Positions 26,139-37,447 of a DNA stretch of 38,130 bases are shown in pieces. This stretch comes from Octopus bimaculoides (taxonomy: Eukaryota): the NCBI RefSeq assembly GCF_001194135.2, contig NC_068985.1, positions 3,927,109 to 3,965,238 of the forward strand, written 5' to 3'. Both the position numbers and the translations under genes were made by a program. Under the pieces are notes generated by a model. It saw nothing but the letters and a program-made list of their open reading frames with translations, was not told the origin of the DNA and did not search any database. Numbering within the stretch: the first letter of the stretch is position 1; each line of letters begins with the position of its first letter.

Positions 26139-26200
26139 GCGGCAAGGAGCTGGCAGAAACGTTAGCACGCCGGGCGAAATGCTTCGCGGTATTTCGTCCC
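26139..26200 (+). mobile_element. SINE family A head (3'-truncated)
   Basis: GGAGCTGGCAGAAACGTTAGCACGCCGGGCGAAATGCTTCGCGGTATTTCGTC. Confidence 0.85.
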
Positions 26201-26339
26201 GTGAGTTTTGTTTGTTACGCGTCGCACATGTGTTCGTGGTGAAAATTGCTTAGTGTTATTATTTATAACTACTGTTACTATTAACTGCTGTTTCTGTTAA
26301 ATTTCTAACTGTTGGAGTTTTCATTTGAAAACACTAAGT

Positions 26340-26815
26340 GCGTGTAGAAAGCACACGTTGAGATTGAGGCACCTCTGGATTCTCCTGAATAGTGAACGGG
26401 TGTGGTCTCTGCTGGCCAGACAAATGTTCCCCGAGTTCCTCGTAGACCGAGGTCGAGTGAATGGCATAAAGAGTGCCGTAAGGTAGCTCTCGAGCCGCTA
26501 CTGCGAAGGTTGAGTGGCATTCCTAGAGAACCAGGTCTAGAGGAGTTTGTTACGGCTTACGCGGAAACCGTTCACCCGAACTATCGAGTCAATGTTGTGG
26601 TACAAAGCGATAAACCACCTGAGGAAGCCAAGGCCCAAGCCGAACCGCGCAAGCACAGGGTCAACCTTATCAAAAGCTTTAGACTGGTCCAAATGTAGCA
26701 CTGCCCCACATTTGCCAGGACAGGCTGTTCCGTTGTTCATATTAACGGGAAGCCTCGTCGTAACTGACGGAATGCCAGTTTCCAAAGCATGTGTTTCGTT
26801 TTATTGACAGGGTGA
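26340..26815. mobile_element. Rearranged L1/Tx1-like LINE ORF2 fragments on both strands
   Basis: Minus strand ~26563-26725: GAVLHLDQSKAFDKVD..LARFGLG..FLRWFIALYHNIDSIVRVNGF (RT domain 3/3a). Plus strand 26483-26565: VALEPLLRRLSGIP..FVTAYA(D) (RT domains 4-5). Plus strand ~26343-26440: RKHTLRLRHLWILLNSERVWSLL (tentatively post-RT). Confidence 0.8.
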
Positions 26816-27819
26816 AATGTCAATTATATGCGATAATACAATAGTCAATATACATTCCGTATTGCATTTATCCATTTCTTGTTATCATAACTAAATATTG
26901 GAATTATTTAATAATGTACGATTGTTTGGTTTTATGCTTATTGTTATTATTCAATTGTCTTGTTTCTATTTCACACTTTCAATGCACAACCGAGTACAAC
27001 CGTGCATCAAGGCTATGCGTAATGTATTTTGTTATCTATTTTAATGAAAGTCATCTACATAATGTGAACAACACCTGGTAGAGATATTTCCTCTATGATG
27101 TCTATATTACTTTCATCCACATATTACTTTGCATCTTTATTTTCTTAATTATCCTCCAGGCATCTATTATTATTATTATACATTCTTCTCATCTCTTTGC
27201 ACGAAGATATCTTCTCTAGTTCTTTAACGATAGATTATCGTCTTTTGGGACTGGTATTTCCATTAAGAAGGTTCTATTTTTCTTCGCTGGTGGCCCTTTT
27301 CTAGCGATCGATTTGCTTTGATCTCTTACTCTGCATAGATTGGCTTTTTCACTCTCCAACAATTTTTCTGGAAAACGCTTATATTACCGCTTCTTTTTTC
27401 TTCTTTTTTAGCGTTGTATTATAATTTACTCAGCGATTATCTGACCAGTTTGGAATATAGCTTGCGTTGCTTCTTGTAAAAGGATATATACATACATATG
27501 CATAATAACTGTATATAATATATATCATAATGATATTCATTCTCCGATTTTGAAACGACAATTTTTAAATATAAACAAATGACCGAAAAATGATGAGCTA
27601 ACCTCAGGCTGAATCGAACCCACAAATCGATGCTTTCATGGCTCCTTGTGAATCTGGTTGGCCAAGAATGAATATCATTATGATGTATATTATATACAGT
27701 TATTATACTATGAGCTTTCCATAATAGCTTTCTCTCCGTAACTCGCAAAGTCTTTCGAGTTTGTTTAAAAAAATATGTATGTATACACATACAGTATACT
27801 CTTTTATTCTTTCTTCTTT

Positions 27820-27980
27820 TACTTGTTTCACATATTTGAGTGTGGCCATGCTGGAGCACGACACCAAGTTTTATTCTCTGTAAGCCTAGTACTTATTCTA
27901 TCGTTTTCTTTTGCCAAGCCGCTAACTTACGGGGATATAAATACACCAGCATCGGTTGTCAAGCGATGGCGAGGGAACAA

Positions 27981-28026
<46 letters not shown>

Positions 28027-28270
28027 GTCTATATATATATATATATANNNNNNNNNNNNNNNNNNNNNNNNNNNNNNNNNNNNNNNNNNNNNNNNNNNNN
28101 NNNNNNNNNNNNNNNNNNNNNNNNNNNNNNNNNNNNNNNNNNNNNNNNNNNNNNNNNNNNNNNNNNNNNNNNNNNNNNNNNNNNNNNNNNNNNNNNNNNN
28201 NNNNNNNNNNNNNNNNNNNNNNNNNNNNNNNAGTGTCCGTCTACCAAATCCACTCACAACGTTTTGATGT
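27820..28270 (-). mobile_element. SINE family B with internal microsatellite and gap
   Basis: 28232-28270 matches the family-B GTGAGTGGATTTGGTAGACGG segment. 27820-27985 (rc CCATCGCTTGACAACCGATGCTGGTG..CTCCAGCATGGCCAC) matches the tail at 30930-31120. Confidence 0.75.
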
Positions 28271-28459
28271 AGTGCCAGTAATAATGTACTATACGCCATT
28301 TTGAAACATTTGTAATGTAAGTTACACCTTTCTAATATAAATAAACTCAAATATTTCTGATGAAATACAAAAAGTAGTCACAAAACAAATGCTCTTTCTC
28401 TGCCCCCTCTATCTCTCGTTCAATCGTGTGCTGTTGTCAGACAGTCTTTCTAGTTTGTG

Positions 28460-28716
28460 AAATGTCGTTTGACTCGCGTAACATTTCGCAAACTGCAGAA
28501 AATATTTCATCAGTAGACTCATGGTAATGTCGTTTGACTCGCATAGCACTTCGCAAATTGCAGAAAATATTTCATCAGTTGACTCATGGAAATGTCGTTT
28601 GACTCGCGTAACACTTCGCAAATTGCAAGAGGTATTTCATCAGTTGACACATGGAAATGTTTGACTCACGAAATACTTCGCAAATTGCAGAAAATATTTC
28701 ATCAGTGGACTCATGG
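28460..28716. repeat. 65-bp minisatellite, 4 copies
   Basis: Units start at 28460, 28525, 28590 and 28655 (the last has a 3-bp deletion). Consensus AAATGTCGTTTGACTCGCGTAACACTTCGCAAATTGCAGAAAATATTTCATCAGTTGACTCATGG. Confidence 0.95.
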
Positions 28717-29076
28717 CCCGCGGTTTCAGCGTCACGAAGACTATATAGCAATTTGAACGTGAAACACTTTCGCGTATGTGAGCGCATGGGGTAGAATGAG
28801 CCGTCAGGTAAAGATTGATGTCTCTTTCAGTATGAATTAAATAACATATTTAATTCTACTTTTAATAGCGAGTCCCACTTCAGTAAATATTCAATTATCC
28901 TCCAAATATATTAATCTTAACACGCACACACATGCGCTCACCTACTGACACGTTGGTACACAATGATATAAAGATAGATAAATAGTTATATTATGTATAT
29001 GCACGTTTGTATGAATACACAAACACACATGTGAGTGTGTGTACATGTATATATATATATACAATTATACACACAC

Positions 29077-29078
<2 letters not shown>

Positions 29079-29138
<60 letters not shown>
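29079..29138. repeat. (GATA)n microsatellite
   Basis: About 15 perfect units. Confidence 0.95.
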
Positions 29139-29140
<2 letters not shown>

Positions 29141-29548
29141 CCCTGTATTGTTCCTAACAGTTTAACCTTTATGGCGACACTATTAAGGAAGCGGTACTTT
29201 CGTTTCAAAGTGAAGATAATGCAGTCACGTTAGAATTCCGTTTTTTCTTATTACTTTTCTGCATACGTCACCTGACTCCACGATTGCATAAAAAAATTAG
29301 ANNNNNNNNNNNNNNNNNNNNNNNNNNNNNNNNNNNNNNNNNNNNNNNNNNNNNNNNNNNNNNNNNNNNNNNNNNNNNNNNNNNNNNNNNNNNNNNNNNN
29401 NNNNNNNNNNNNNNNNNNNNNNNNNNNNNNNNNNNNNNNNNNNNNNNNNNNNNNNNNNNNNNNNNNNNNNNNNNNNNNNNNNNNNNNNNNNNNNNNNNNN
29501 NNNNNNNNNNNNNNNNNNNNNNNNNNNNNNNNNNNNNNNNNNNNNNNN

Positions 29549-29579
<31 letters not shown>

Positions 29580-29751
29580 TATATCTATATTTATCTATTT
29601 ATTGATTTATCTATACCCACGTACACTCACAAACACAGACCAACACACACGCCAATACACACATACCACCAACCGTATACGCTCACGCACACACACAGGT
29701 CCACACGTATATATTATATCTATCTATCTATTTATATGCAGTAATCCTTCA

Positions 29752-29901
29752 AGTGGGATTCTTTCAGTTTCCGTCTACCAAATCGACTCACAAGTCGTTA
29801 GTTGGTCCGAGGCTTTGGTACAAGTCAGTTGCTCAAGGTGCCTCGGACCAACTAACGAATTGTGAGTCGATTTGGTAAAGGGAAACTGAAAGAATCCCAC
29901 T
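29752..29901. repeat. Fold-back inverted duplication of a SINE family B segment (62-bp arms, 26-nt loop)
   Basis: 29752-29813 versus the reverse complement of 29840-29901: 59/62 identical. Confidence 0.95.
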
Positions 29902-29904
29902 GTA

Positions 29905-30911
29905 TATGTTGGGTTGAGGAATAGTTCATGAGCGTTTTCTTTTCCAAATTTAAAAATGCACTCATGAATATAAGGCATTGTCAAAATGTTTCATTGTTAT
30001 TTAAAAGAGAATTTTTTGTTCTAGAAGTTAGTGTGTTTTGATTTTTTAGATTTCATTGATTTTTGTGTATTTTCAGATCATTAAAATGGAAAGATAAGTG
30101 GACAAAATTGAGCATTTTCGATACCACTTGCTTTTGCATTTAATCGAGGTGTTAAGGCCACCCAAGCTGCTTGTGAGATTTGTGCTGTGTATGGAGAAGG
30201 AGTTTTACCCCAAAGTACTGCCCACCGTTGGTTTACGCGCTTCAAAAATGGGAATTTTGACCTCAAGGACGGATCACACACCGGTCAACCAACTGAATTC
30301 GATGAAGAGCATTTGAATCAACCTCTTCACTACAATCCACGTCAAACGACCAGAGAATTACCGCATTGTCACTGGCGATGAAAAATGGTACCTTTACGTC
30401 AACATGAAGCAGCGAAAAGAATGGCTCAGCCCCAACAAACAAGCGACCATGTTGTGTTGCATTACGAACTGCTTAGGTGCAATCAAACACTCAATGTGGA
30501 GCTCTACGTTCAACAACTCCACCGACTCAACGAAATGGCGTTCTTCCACAACACGACAACGCCCGTCCTCGCATCGCCAAAATGACCAAAGACTCGATTG
30601 AAGAATTTAAATGGGAAGTGCTACCTCATCCTCCATACTCTCCAGATTGCCGCCGTCAGATTTTCATCTCTTTCGAACGTGTTGTACGGTGTAGCGTTCA
30701 GTAATGACGTGGAATTGAGGGCTTGGTTGGACGAATTCTTTGAGTCAAGACCGGGAGATTTCTATCGCAGAGGCTCCGAAAAGCGCATTGAACGATGGGA
30801 GGAAGTCGTAAACAACAAAGGAGAGAATATTATTGATTAATTTGTTGTAGTTATTTTGTTTAAAATAAATTTGCAAACAAACGCCGATGAATTATTCCTC
30901 AATCCAATATA
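29905..30911 (+). mobile_element. Mariner (DD34D) DNA transposon, internally deleted, with ~30-bp TIRs in TA context
   Basis: Left TIR TATATGTTGGGTTGAGGAATAGTTCATGAGCGTTT versus reverse complement of right TIR TATATATTGGATTGAGGAATAATTCATCGGCGTTT. Encloses a transposase pseudogene. About 1.0 kb, versus ~1.3 kb for typical full-length mariners. Confidence 0.92.
30086..30840 (+). pseudogene. Mariner transposase pseudogene
   Basis: Frame-broken motifs: HTH region EICAVYGEGV..STAHRWFTRFKNGNFDLKD..GQP; TGDEKW; QHDNARP; WEVLPHPPYSPD-(L)APSDFHLF, with 34 residues between catalytic D2 and D3 after correcting one frameshift; ends RWEEVVNNKGENIID*. Confidence 0.93.
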
Positions 30912-31120
30912 TATACACGTGTCTTTATGTTCACTACCACCTCTTGACACCGCTGTTGATGTGTTTACGTCCTCTTAAAAATAGAGGTTCGACAAAACAG
31001 ACCGATATAATAAATACCAGGCTATGAAAAAAGCTCGGGTTTGTTTCATTTAGGTAAAAATTCTTCAAGGAGCTGCCCCCGGCATGGCCATAGTCTAATA
31101 ACTGAAACAAGTAAAACATC
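30912..31120 (+). mobile_element. SINE family B 3' half (continuation after the mariner insertion)
   Basis: CTTGACACCGCTGTTGATGTGTTTACGTCC..GGCATGGCCATAGTCTAATAACTGAAACAAGTAAAA is homologous to the tail at 27820-27985. Confidence 0.7.
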
Positions 31121-31165
31121 TGTAAGAATATGGATTTTAAGCATTTGAGTTACTATTTTAATATC

Positions 31166-31509
31166 CTTTTCTACTCTAGGCACAAGGCTCGAAATTTGTG
31201 GGGAGACAGCCAACTGCTACTTAATTTATCGACCCCGAAAGGATAAGTCAACTCCGAACGTTTCGCTCAGCATGCTAACGTTTCTTATTTCTTTACTACC
31301 CACAAGGGGCTACACACAGAGGGGACAAACAAGGACAGGCAAAGGGATTAAGTCGATTACATCGACTCCAGTGCGTAACCGGTACTTAATTTATCGACCC
31401 CGAAAGGATGAAAGGCAAAGTCGACCTCGGCGGAATTTGAACTCGGGAACGTAAAGGCAGACGAAATACCGCTACCGGCGTGCTAACGTTTCTGCCAGCT
31501 CGCCTCCTT
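31166..31509 (-). mobile_element. Dimeric SINE family A element with perfect 17-bp TSD
   Basis: GTTACTATTTTAATATC at 31149-31165 and 31510-31526 brackets two SINE modules. Each carries TACTTAATTTATCGACCCCGAAAGGAT (near 31218 and 31384). Confidence 0.88.
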
Positions 31510-32789
31510 GTTACTATTTTAATATCACATTAAAAAATATAGAAATGTCTAAATATTATTCAAAAGTGTTCTTCATTCTATTTTCCCTTATTTGCTCTTT
31601 TCTTATTTTGCGCCATTCGTTCAGTCTTGCCTTGTGTTTCTCTTTCTACATCTCATTGTTCACATATTCACTTGCTTATGGAAATCTATGCAGCTTCCAT
31701 TTAATTCCATTGAACCATAGGGTTAGTGTTACATTATAAATTAAAGGGAAGTAGAAGCGATTGCTCACAGGAGAAATCATTTGAAATGACAATATTTCAT
31801 AATACAACAAATGACGATGCAAAACTATGAACAATGCAAATCTCAAAACTAAAAGAATGGAAAAAAGAAAATCTGTAGAATGGAACCGTCTTTTTTTTTC
31901 TCTTCTAGGCGTAGAGGGCGGCGGTGTTAAACGAACACGTGAAAGAATAAATAGTATTGGGATTTTGAAATGACAAATATAGAACGTGCATGAGTGGTGT
32001 CAATTTTGAAATATAACGATTGATATGATAATAAGCGAGCAATCTATGTGTGCGTGCGTGTGTGTGGTATGTATGTATATATGCATGTGTGTGTTTGTGT
32101 GTGCTTATATATATACATACACACACACATATGCATATATATATATATNNNNNNNNNNNNNNNNNNNNNNNNNNNNNNNNNNNNNNNNNNNNNNNNNNNN
32201 NNNNNNNNNNNNNNNNNNNNNNNNNNNNNNNNNNNNNNNNNNNNNNNNNNNNNNNNNNNNNNNNNNNNNNNNNNNNNNNNNNNNNNNNNNNNNNNNNNNN
32301 NNNNNNNNNNNNNNNNNNNNNNNNNNNNNNNNNNNNNNNNNNNNNNNNNNNNNNNNNNNNNNNNNNNNNNNNNNNNNNNNNNNNNNNNAGAGAGAGAGCA
32401 TCCTCTCAGATTTGCGCTTCACTCTGTTTTGGGATTATTTTTTCGAAAAAGTTTCGTATTCCTTCTCTCTGCAACGTTTATTATGATTTTGAAATGATTT
32501 TTATGAAAAAATCTCAGTTCATCAAAAAATTTCCCCTGCCCATCCCGGGTTTTCGGTATACCCAACCCCAACCTGAAGAAAGATCTTAAACTCGTCCACT
32601 TATGCATGGAGGCCTGCAAAGCCAATAGTTGAGATGAAAGAAGCTTCAATGTAGCCGCTCGAAATGCTAGAAATAAGAGCCAAATCTCTTTCAAGCCATG
32701 CACTTTTAATATTTCTGTAGAAATAAACGTAACAAAATAATGTATCTTTAACGACTTTTAAAAATGTTCCTGAGACAAAAGACTAAAAA

Positions 32790-32970
32790 TTCTGATGGCG
32801 GTAGTCAATAGGATCGAGCCCAGTACAATGCACTCCATTATAAACCTTAGACGAATGAATAGCAAAGTCAACGTCGGCGTATTTTGAACTCAGAACTAAA
32901 GAGTCTGACCAGACATCGTTAAGCACATTATTCGGAACACAGACGGCTCTACCACTTCACCACCTCTTAA
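32790..32970 (-). mobile_element. Degraded SINE family A remnant
   Basis: GAATGAATAGCAAAGTCAACGTCGGCGTATTTTGAACTCAGAAC matches the reversed B-box and central region. Confidence 0.6.
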
Positions 32971-33673
32971 AACATGAGAGAAAATATTGGATAGTATGGA
33001 CGGAAAAATATAAAACGTATGGATATTAGGATGATGAAGAATATAGTTTTTTCAAAATCACACCTCCCACCTAGATTTCTTAACTGCATTCGGCAAAACG
33101 AAAGAGAGGACACCGTCATAGCTTCGTTATCGTGTTGGACATATTTTAAAAGTGTCAAGTCATCATAATATTTTTAAACATGGCTGTTTTTTTGGGGGTG
33201 GGTTCAGTCTTCACAGCTCCACCTAAGTCATTTGAAATTGCTTTCCAATGAAAAGCACTGTCGCTAGTTGCACTCTCATCTAATTTGTCTTTCTACCAGC
33301 ATGGATGCGTTCGATAAGTTGTTATGCAGTTCCTTACTCTTGCTACAATTTAGGGGTTCTCAAACTAACAAATGCCTTCCCCTTTATTACAGAAAATTTC
33401 CGCCATGCTTTTGCAAAAGTTTTGAAATGGTTCAAATAATCTTAATTTTTCTTTTCTTTTCAGTTGGCGATTAGTCTGCCCCCTTTTCAATTTTCACAAC
33501 ACACCAAATGAAAACAAATCACTGCTATAACATATCTTGAATGAGAAAGGAAATATAATTTAAGACTAAGAAACTAAACCAGTGGTAGGGGATATTATGA
33601 ATTACGAAAATCAACCAATTGCATGTCTATAAGAATCGCTGAAGTTGCATTTATTTATGAAAATAATGATTTA

Positions 33674-34208
33674 TACGGTAAATATGTCCACATAGCTTCG
33701 CTATCCACCCAGCCATTTACGACTGTGAATGCAACAGACTGTCGTATATTTAAAGGCGAAATTCGCAGTAGGTTGTCAAATGTTAATACAATAAATGTAT
33801 CTGTTTTACAAATTCACATTAAAATCTGTTTTGGTCTGAAGACTTAATGAATTGTGTTGATTTTTTAGAGACGATTTAAAATATTTAAAACTAGTAGAAC
33901 TTCCATGATGAAGAAACAAAATTTTTGGAAGCGAACCCCCGTTTTGCCTTCACATTAACACAGAGGCTGGGGTAAATATATCTTTAATATTTTGATGCAG
34001 GTGAAGGTGGGATAATTTGTCAGTTTGAAAGTAACGAGTGAAAGATAAAATGTACAGGATATACAATTCAATATGTTGAGTAGAGTAGATAGATACATTT
34101 ATTTGACAGCCTACTACGAGTTTCGCCTTTGAATATACGACAGTCTGTTGCATTAACAGTCGTAAACGGCTGGGCGGATGGCGAAGCTATGTGGACACAT
34201 TTACAGTA
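33674..34208. mobile_element. MITE-like non-autonomous DNA transposon with 118-bp TIRs and TA TSD
   Basis: 33674-33802 versus the reverse complement of 34091-34208: 108/118 identical plus an 11-nt insertion in the left arm. Ends are TA|CGGTAAAT...ATTTACAG|TA. No coding capacity. A Tc1/pogo-superfamily origin is inferred from the TA flanks. Confidence 0.8.
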
Positions 34209-34819
34209 AAACAAGCAATATTTTACCAAGTGCTACCATTCATATTGTTGTTGTGACGGCCATAGCCTGTATTAAAGTCTCATGCGTTTCAATAACAAAT
34301 TGAAATATATTAAGAATAATTTGAGAGTTTGTTTCAGCATTCATCTACGTGCCAGATTCTTTTGTGCTGATGCTTAGCAACACTACTTCACGTTTCTTTG
34401 ATCGGCAATTTGTCTCTCTGGTGCTCATACACATACACACACGCGCCGTTACACTTATGCACACTTCATTGAAGCTCTTCATTCATAGAGAATTATATAT
34501 CCAATCTACAACACTTAGTTTGAAATAGAGACTAAATATGCATATGGTTCTGACTAACAGCATCCAGTTTCTATACAGCATTTTAACCACTCGATATTCT
34601 CATCACATTTAAGAGACAACTACTTCTCCATCCCTTTCTTTCTCTACCCCCTCTCTCTCTCTCTTTATTTCTTTCTTTCTCGCCCACATTCTCTCTCTAT
34701 ATGTCTGTGTACACACACAAACACACATACATACAGAGACATATACATGTATATACATTTATAGAGAGATACAAAGAGATAGATATAGATATATACATGT
34801 ATATGTATACAGACATTTC

Positions 34820-34831
34820 TCTATGTATGTG

Positions 34832-34923
<92 letters not shown>

Positions 34924-35489
34924 CATATATAGCGAGGGAAAGGAGAGGGGGAGAGAAGGAGGGAGAGAGAGAAATGCGTATTCATTCATCGTTTGGGTAA
35001 CAACCAATAGCTCATTCTACCTCTCTTGTGTTCGATAGTCGTACAGACTTATTCACGTTACCAGATCCTCATACACCGACATATGTTGCAAATGAATACA
35101 TCGTTATATTTATGGCTTGGTGAGGTGGTGGTGGTGGTGTGTGTATAGCTAACACTCCTCTGTCCATTATGCTCTTTGAAGCCGCTATACTCTTACCATA
35201 GACACTCTTCGTCACCACAATTCAAACACGTTGATCCATAAGTAAACACGTGGAAAACATTAAATCTACCAATATTAATATTCGAAATCAAAGTTTGGTA
35301 TTTGGGAAATATGTTCGTAGACAGACAAACACATACATGCACACAAACACACACTCACACACACACACACACGCACACACACACACACACACGCACACAC
35401 ACACGCGCGCACCCACACACACACACTCATACGTACAAATGCATATATGCGCACGTATATGTATTTCAGTTGATGTGTCATATATGTGG

Positions 35490-35550
<61 letters not shown>

Positions 35551-35551
35551 C

Positions 35552-35605
<54 letters not shown>

Positions 35606-35720
35606 GCACACATGGCTCTACATATGTATGTGTGAGCGTGCGTAGATGAATAAAGAAAGATAGATAGATAGATACATACATACATACATACATACATACA
35701 TACATACATACATACATGAT
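34820..35720. repeat. Compound (TA)/(GT)/(CA)/(GA)/(GATA)/(CATA) microsatellite cluster
   Basis: Directly visible arrays at 34820-34930 and 35330-35720. Confidence 0.95.
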
Positions 35721-36949
35721 CATACCTACACATATGTGTTTGTCCGTGTACACACTTATGCGCACACATTTGTCCGTACGTTTATATGCGTCTGTGATGT
35801 CATATAATTTAGTAGAGCTTTACACATTTCCAAATGTATTCGTTCACATTGTTTGATGTTTGCCTGCATGCTTTTGTTTGTCCTCTGCCAACACCTGTTT
35901 GTCGTCTGTGGTTACACTCAGAAAATCAAATTGTGTTTTCATTGGAAAGTTTTCAATCCCCAAAGAAGCAGTTAAAGGCTTGATACGACACTCACTTTCA
36001 ACTTTGATGGATTAGATATCACTTTCCAGCTTTAAGGGTTTTCAACGCTGAGTTCCGCAAGCCTGATTTCAACAGTTGCTCATATTAATGAAATGGTGTG
36101 GCTTCAACATAGACGTACAATTTGATTTTTATAAGCATTGACAATGTCATCAATAGAAAGTAGAATAAAGTAGGCCATGCTTTGATCTTTACCGAAATAG
36201 GACATTGATGGTTATGCAGAGTAACTAGTGTAAATTTCCCATTAAGATAACATCGAAGTCTCTTATGATGCAATGAATGTTGCGCGATGCAGACTTTCAA
36301 CTAAAAGAGTCTTTGTGGTGTGTATCACATTAAGTTAAGCTCGGTGTCTTCCAAGTAATTTCTCATTTATCGTTTTGCTTTTAAAATCGGAAATGTGGTT
36401 TGTTAGTGTTGTTAATATGCTGAGCTATGGATGCGTACAGTGAAGTAAGTGTTGACATGTTTTATATGACAAGTGTGTAATATTCATGGAGACAATGACC
36501 GTATGGAAGAGAGATAAACATTATACAACAATGCTTCGCTTAACCAAAGTCAATACGGATAACTTGAAGTTTTATAAAGAAAGCTTATTTGAAAGCGGTA
36601 AATAGTATGCTTCCGAGTGTTAATTAAAGTAAAATAACTCTGAAAAGGGCTTTTGTGCATTCCCAGAGAATATTTCCCTCAACGGCGCTAGTGTTGGTAT
36701 ATTCGTGAATAAGTTACCAACTGAAATAAGAGTATCTATTGTTTAGAAAAATACTATTTACTTGTTTAAGGGTTGTACTGGATAAATTGCGAAAATAACT
36801 CTAACAGTTCAAATACTATGAAATAAGCATACTCAATTTGACTTATACCAAATGATTTAGGAAATGAATGGGTTATTTCCCTTGGCTGTTAAACTCCGGG
36901 CAATGGGTTATTTCTCTTCGTTGTTAAAATGAAATATATCTGACATATA

Positions 36950-37134
36950 TAAGGAACCCTTCCAGGGGCCCTATTATAAATTTTTTCAACACTCTGAGTG
37001 TACGAAGAGTTTTCAAGACATGAGTTCTATTCACGTATCAAGTTTCATCAAAATCGATAAAACGACGTAGGAGGAGTTAGCTAACCACTCCACAAATACA
37101 CCCACAGACAGAATTTCCCACACATGTAATAGAT
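36950..37134 (+). mobile_element. Possible 3' end of a non-autonomous Helitron-like element
   Basis: CAAGTTTCATCAAAATCGATAA..AGGAGGAGTTAG..CACAGACAGAATTTCCC..TAATAGAT resembles recalled 3' cores of lep1/DINE-like rolling-circle repeats. The 5' end was not identified. Confidence 0.3.
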
Positions 37135-37226
37135 ACACACACACACGCACACACACACATACGCACACACACACACACACACAAACACACACATATATAT
37201 ATAATTACATATGTATACATATAAAC

Positions 37227-37259
<33 letters not shown>

Positions 37260-37411
37260 AATATATATANNNNNNNNNNNNNNNNNNNNNNNNNNNNNNN
37301 NNNNNNNNNNNNNNNNNNNNNNNNNNNNNNNNNNNNNNNNNNNNNNNNNNNNNNNNNNNNNNNNNNNNNNNNNNNNNNNNNNNNNNNNNNNNNNNNNNNN
37401 NNNNNNNNNNN

Positions 37412-37447
<36 letters not shown>

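Noticed and set aside
26139-26200. tRNA gene suggested by A-box and B-box-like motifs (also at 20732 and elsewhere)
   Set aside because: No cloverleaf or anticodon arm; these are SINE heads.
28409-28787. CRISPR-like array, repeat-protein ORFs, or tandem hammerheads (minus strand CTGATGA ... GAAA/GAAG)
   Set aside because: Contiguous units have no unique spacers. The 65-bp period is not a multiple of 3. CTGATGA is separated from any stem by 10 unpaired nt, and GAAA is present in only one copy.
31890-31973. Strong polypyrimidine-TAG acceptor followed by the short frame VEGGGVKRTRERINSIGILK*
   Set aside because: Too short, with no partner exon or homology.
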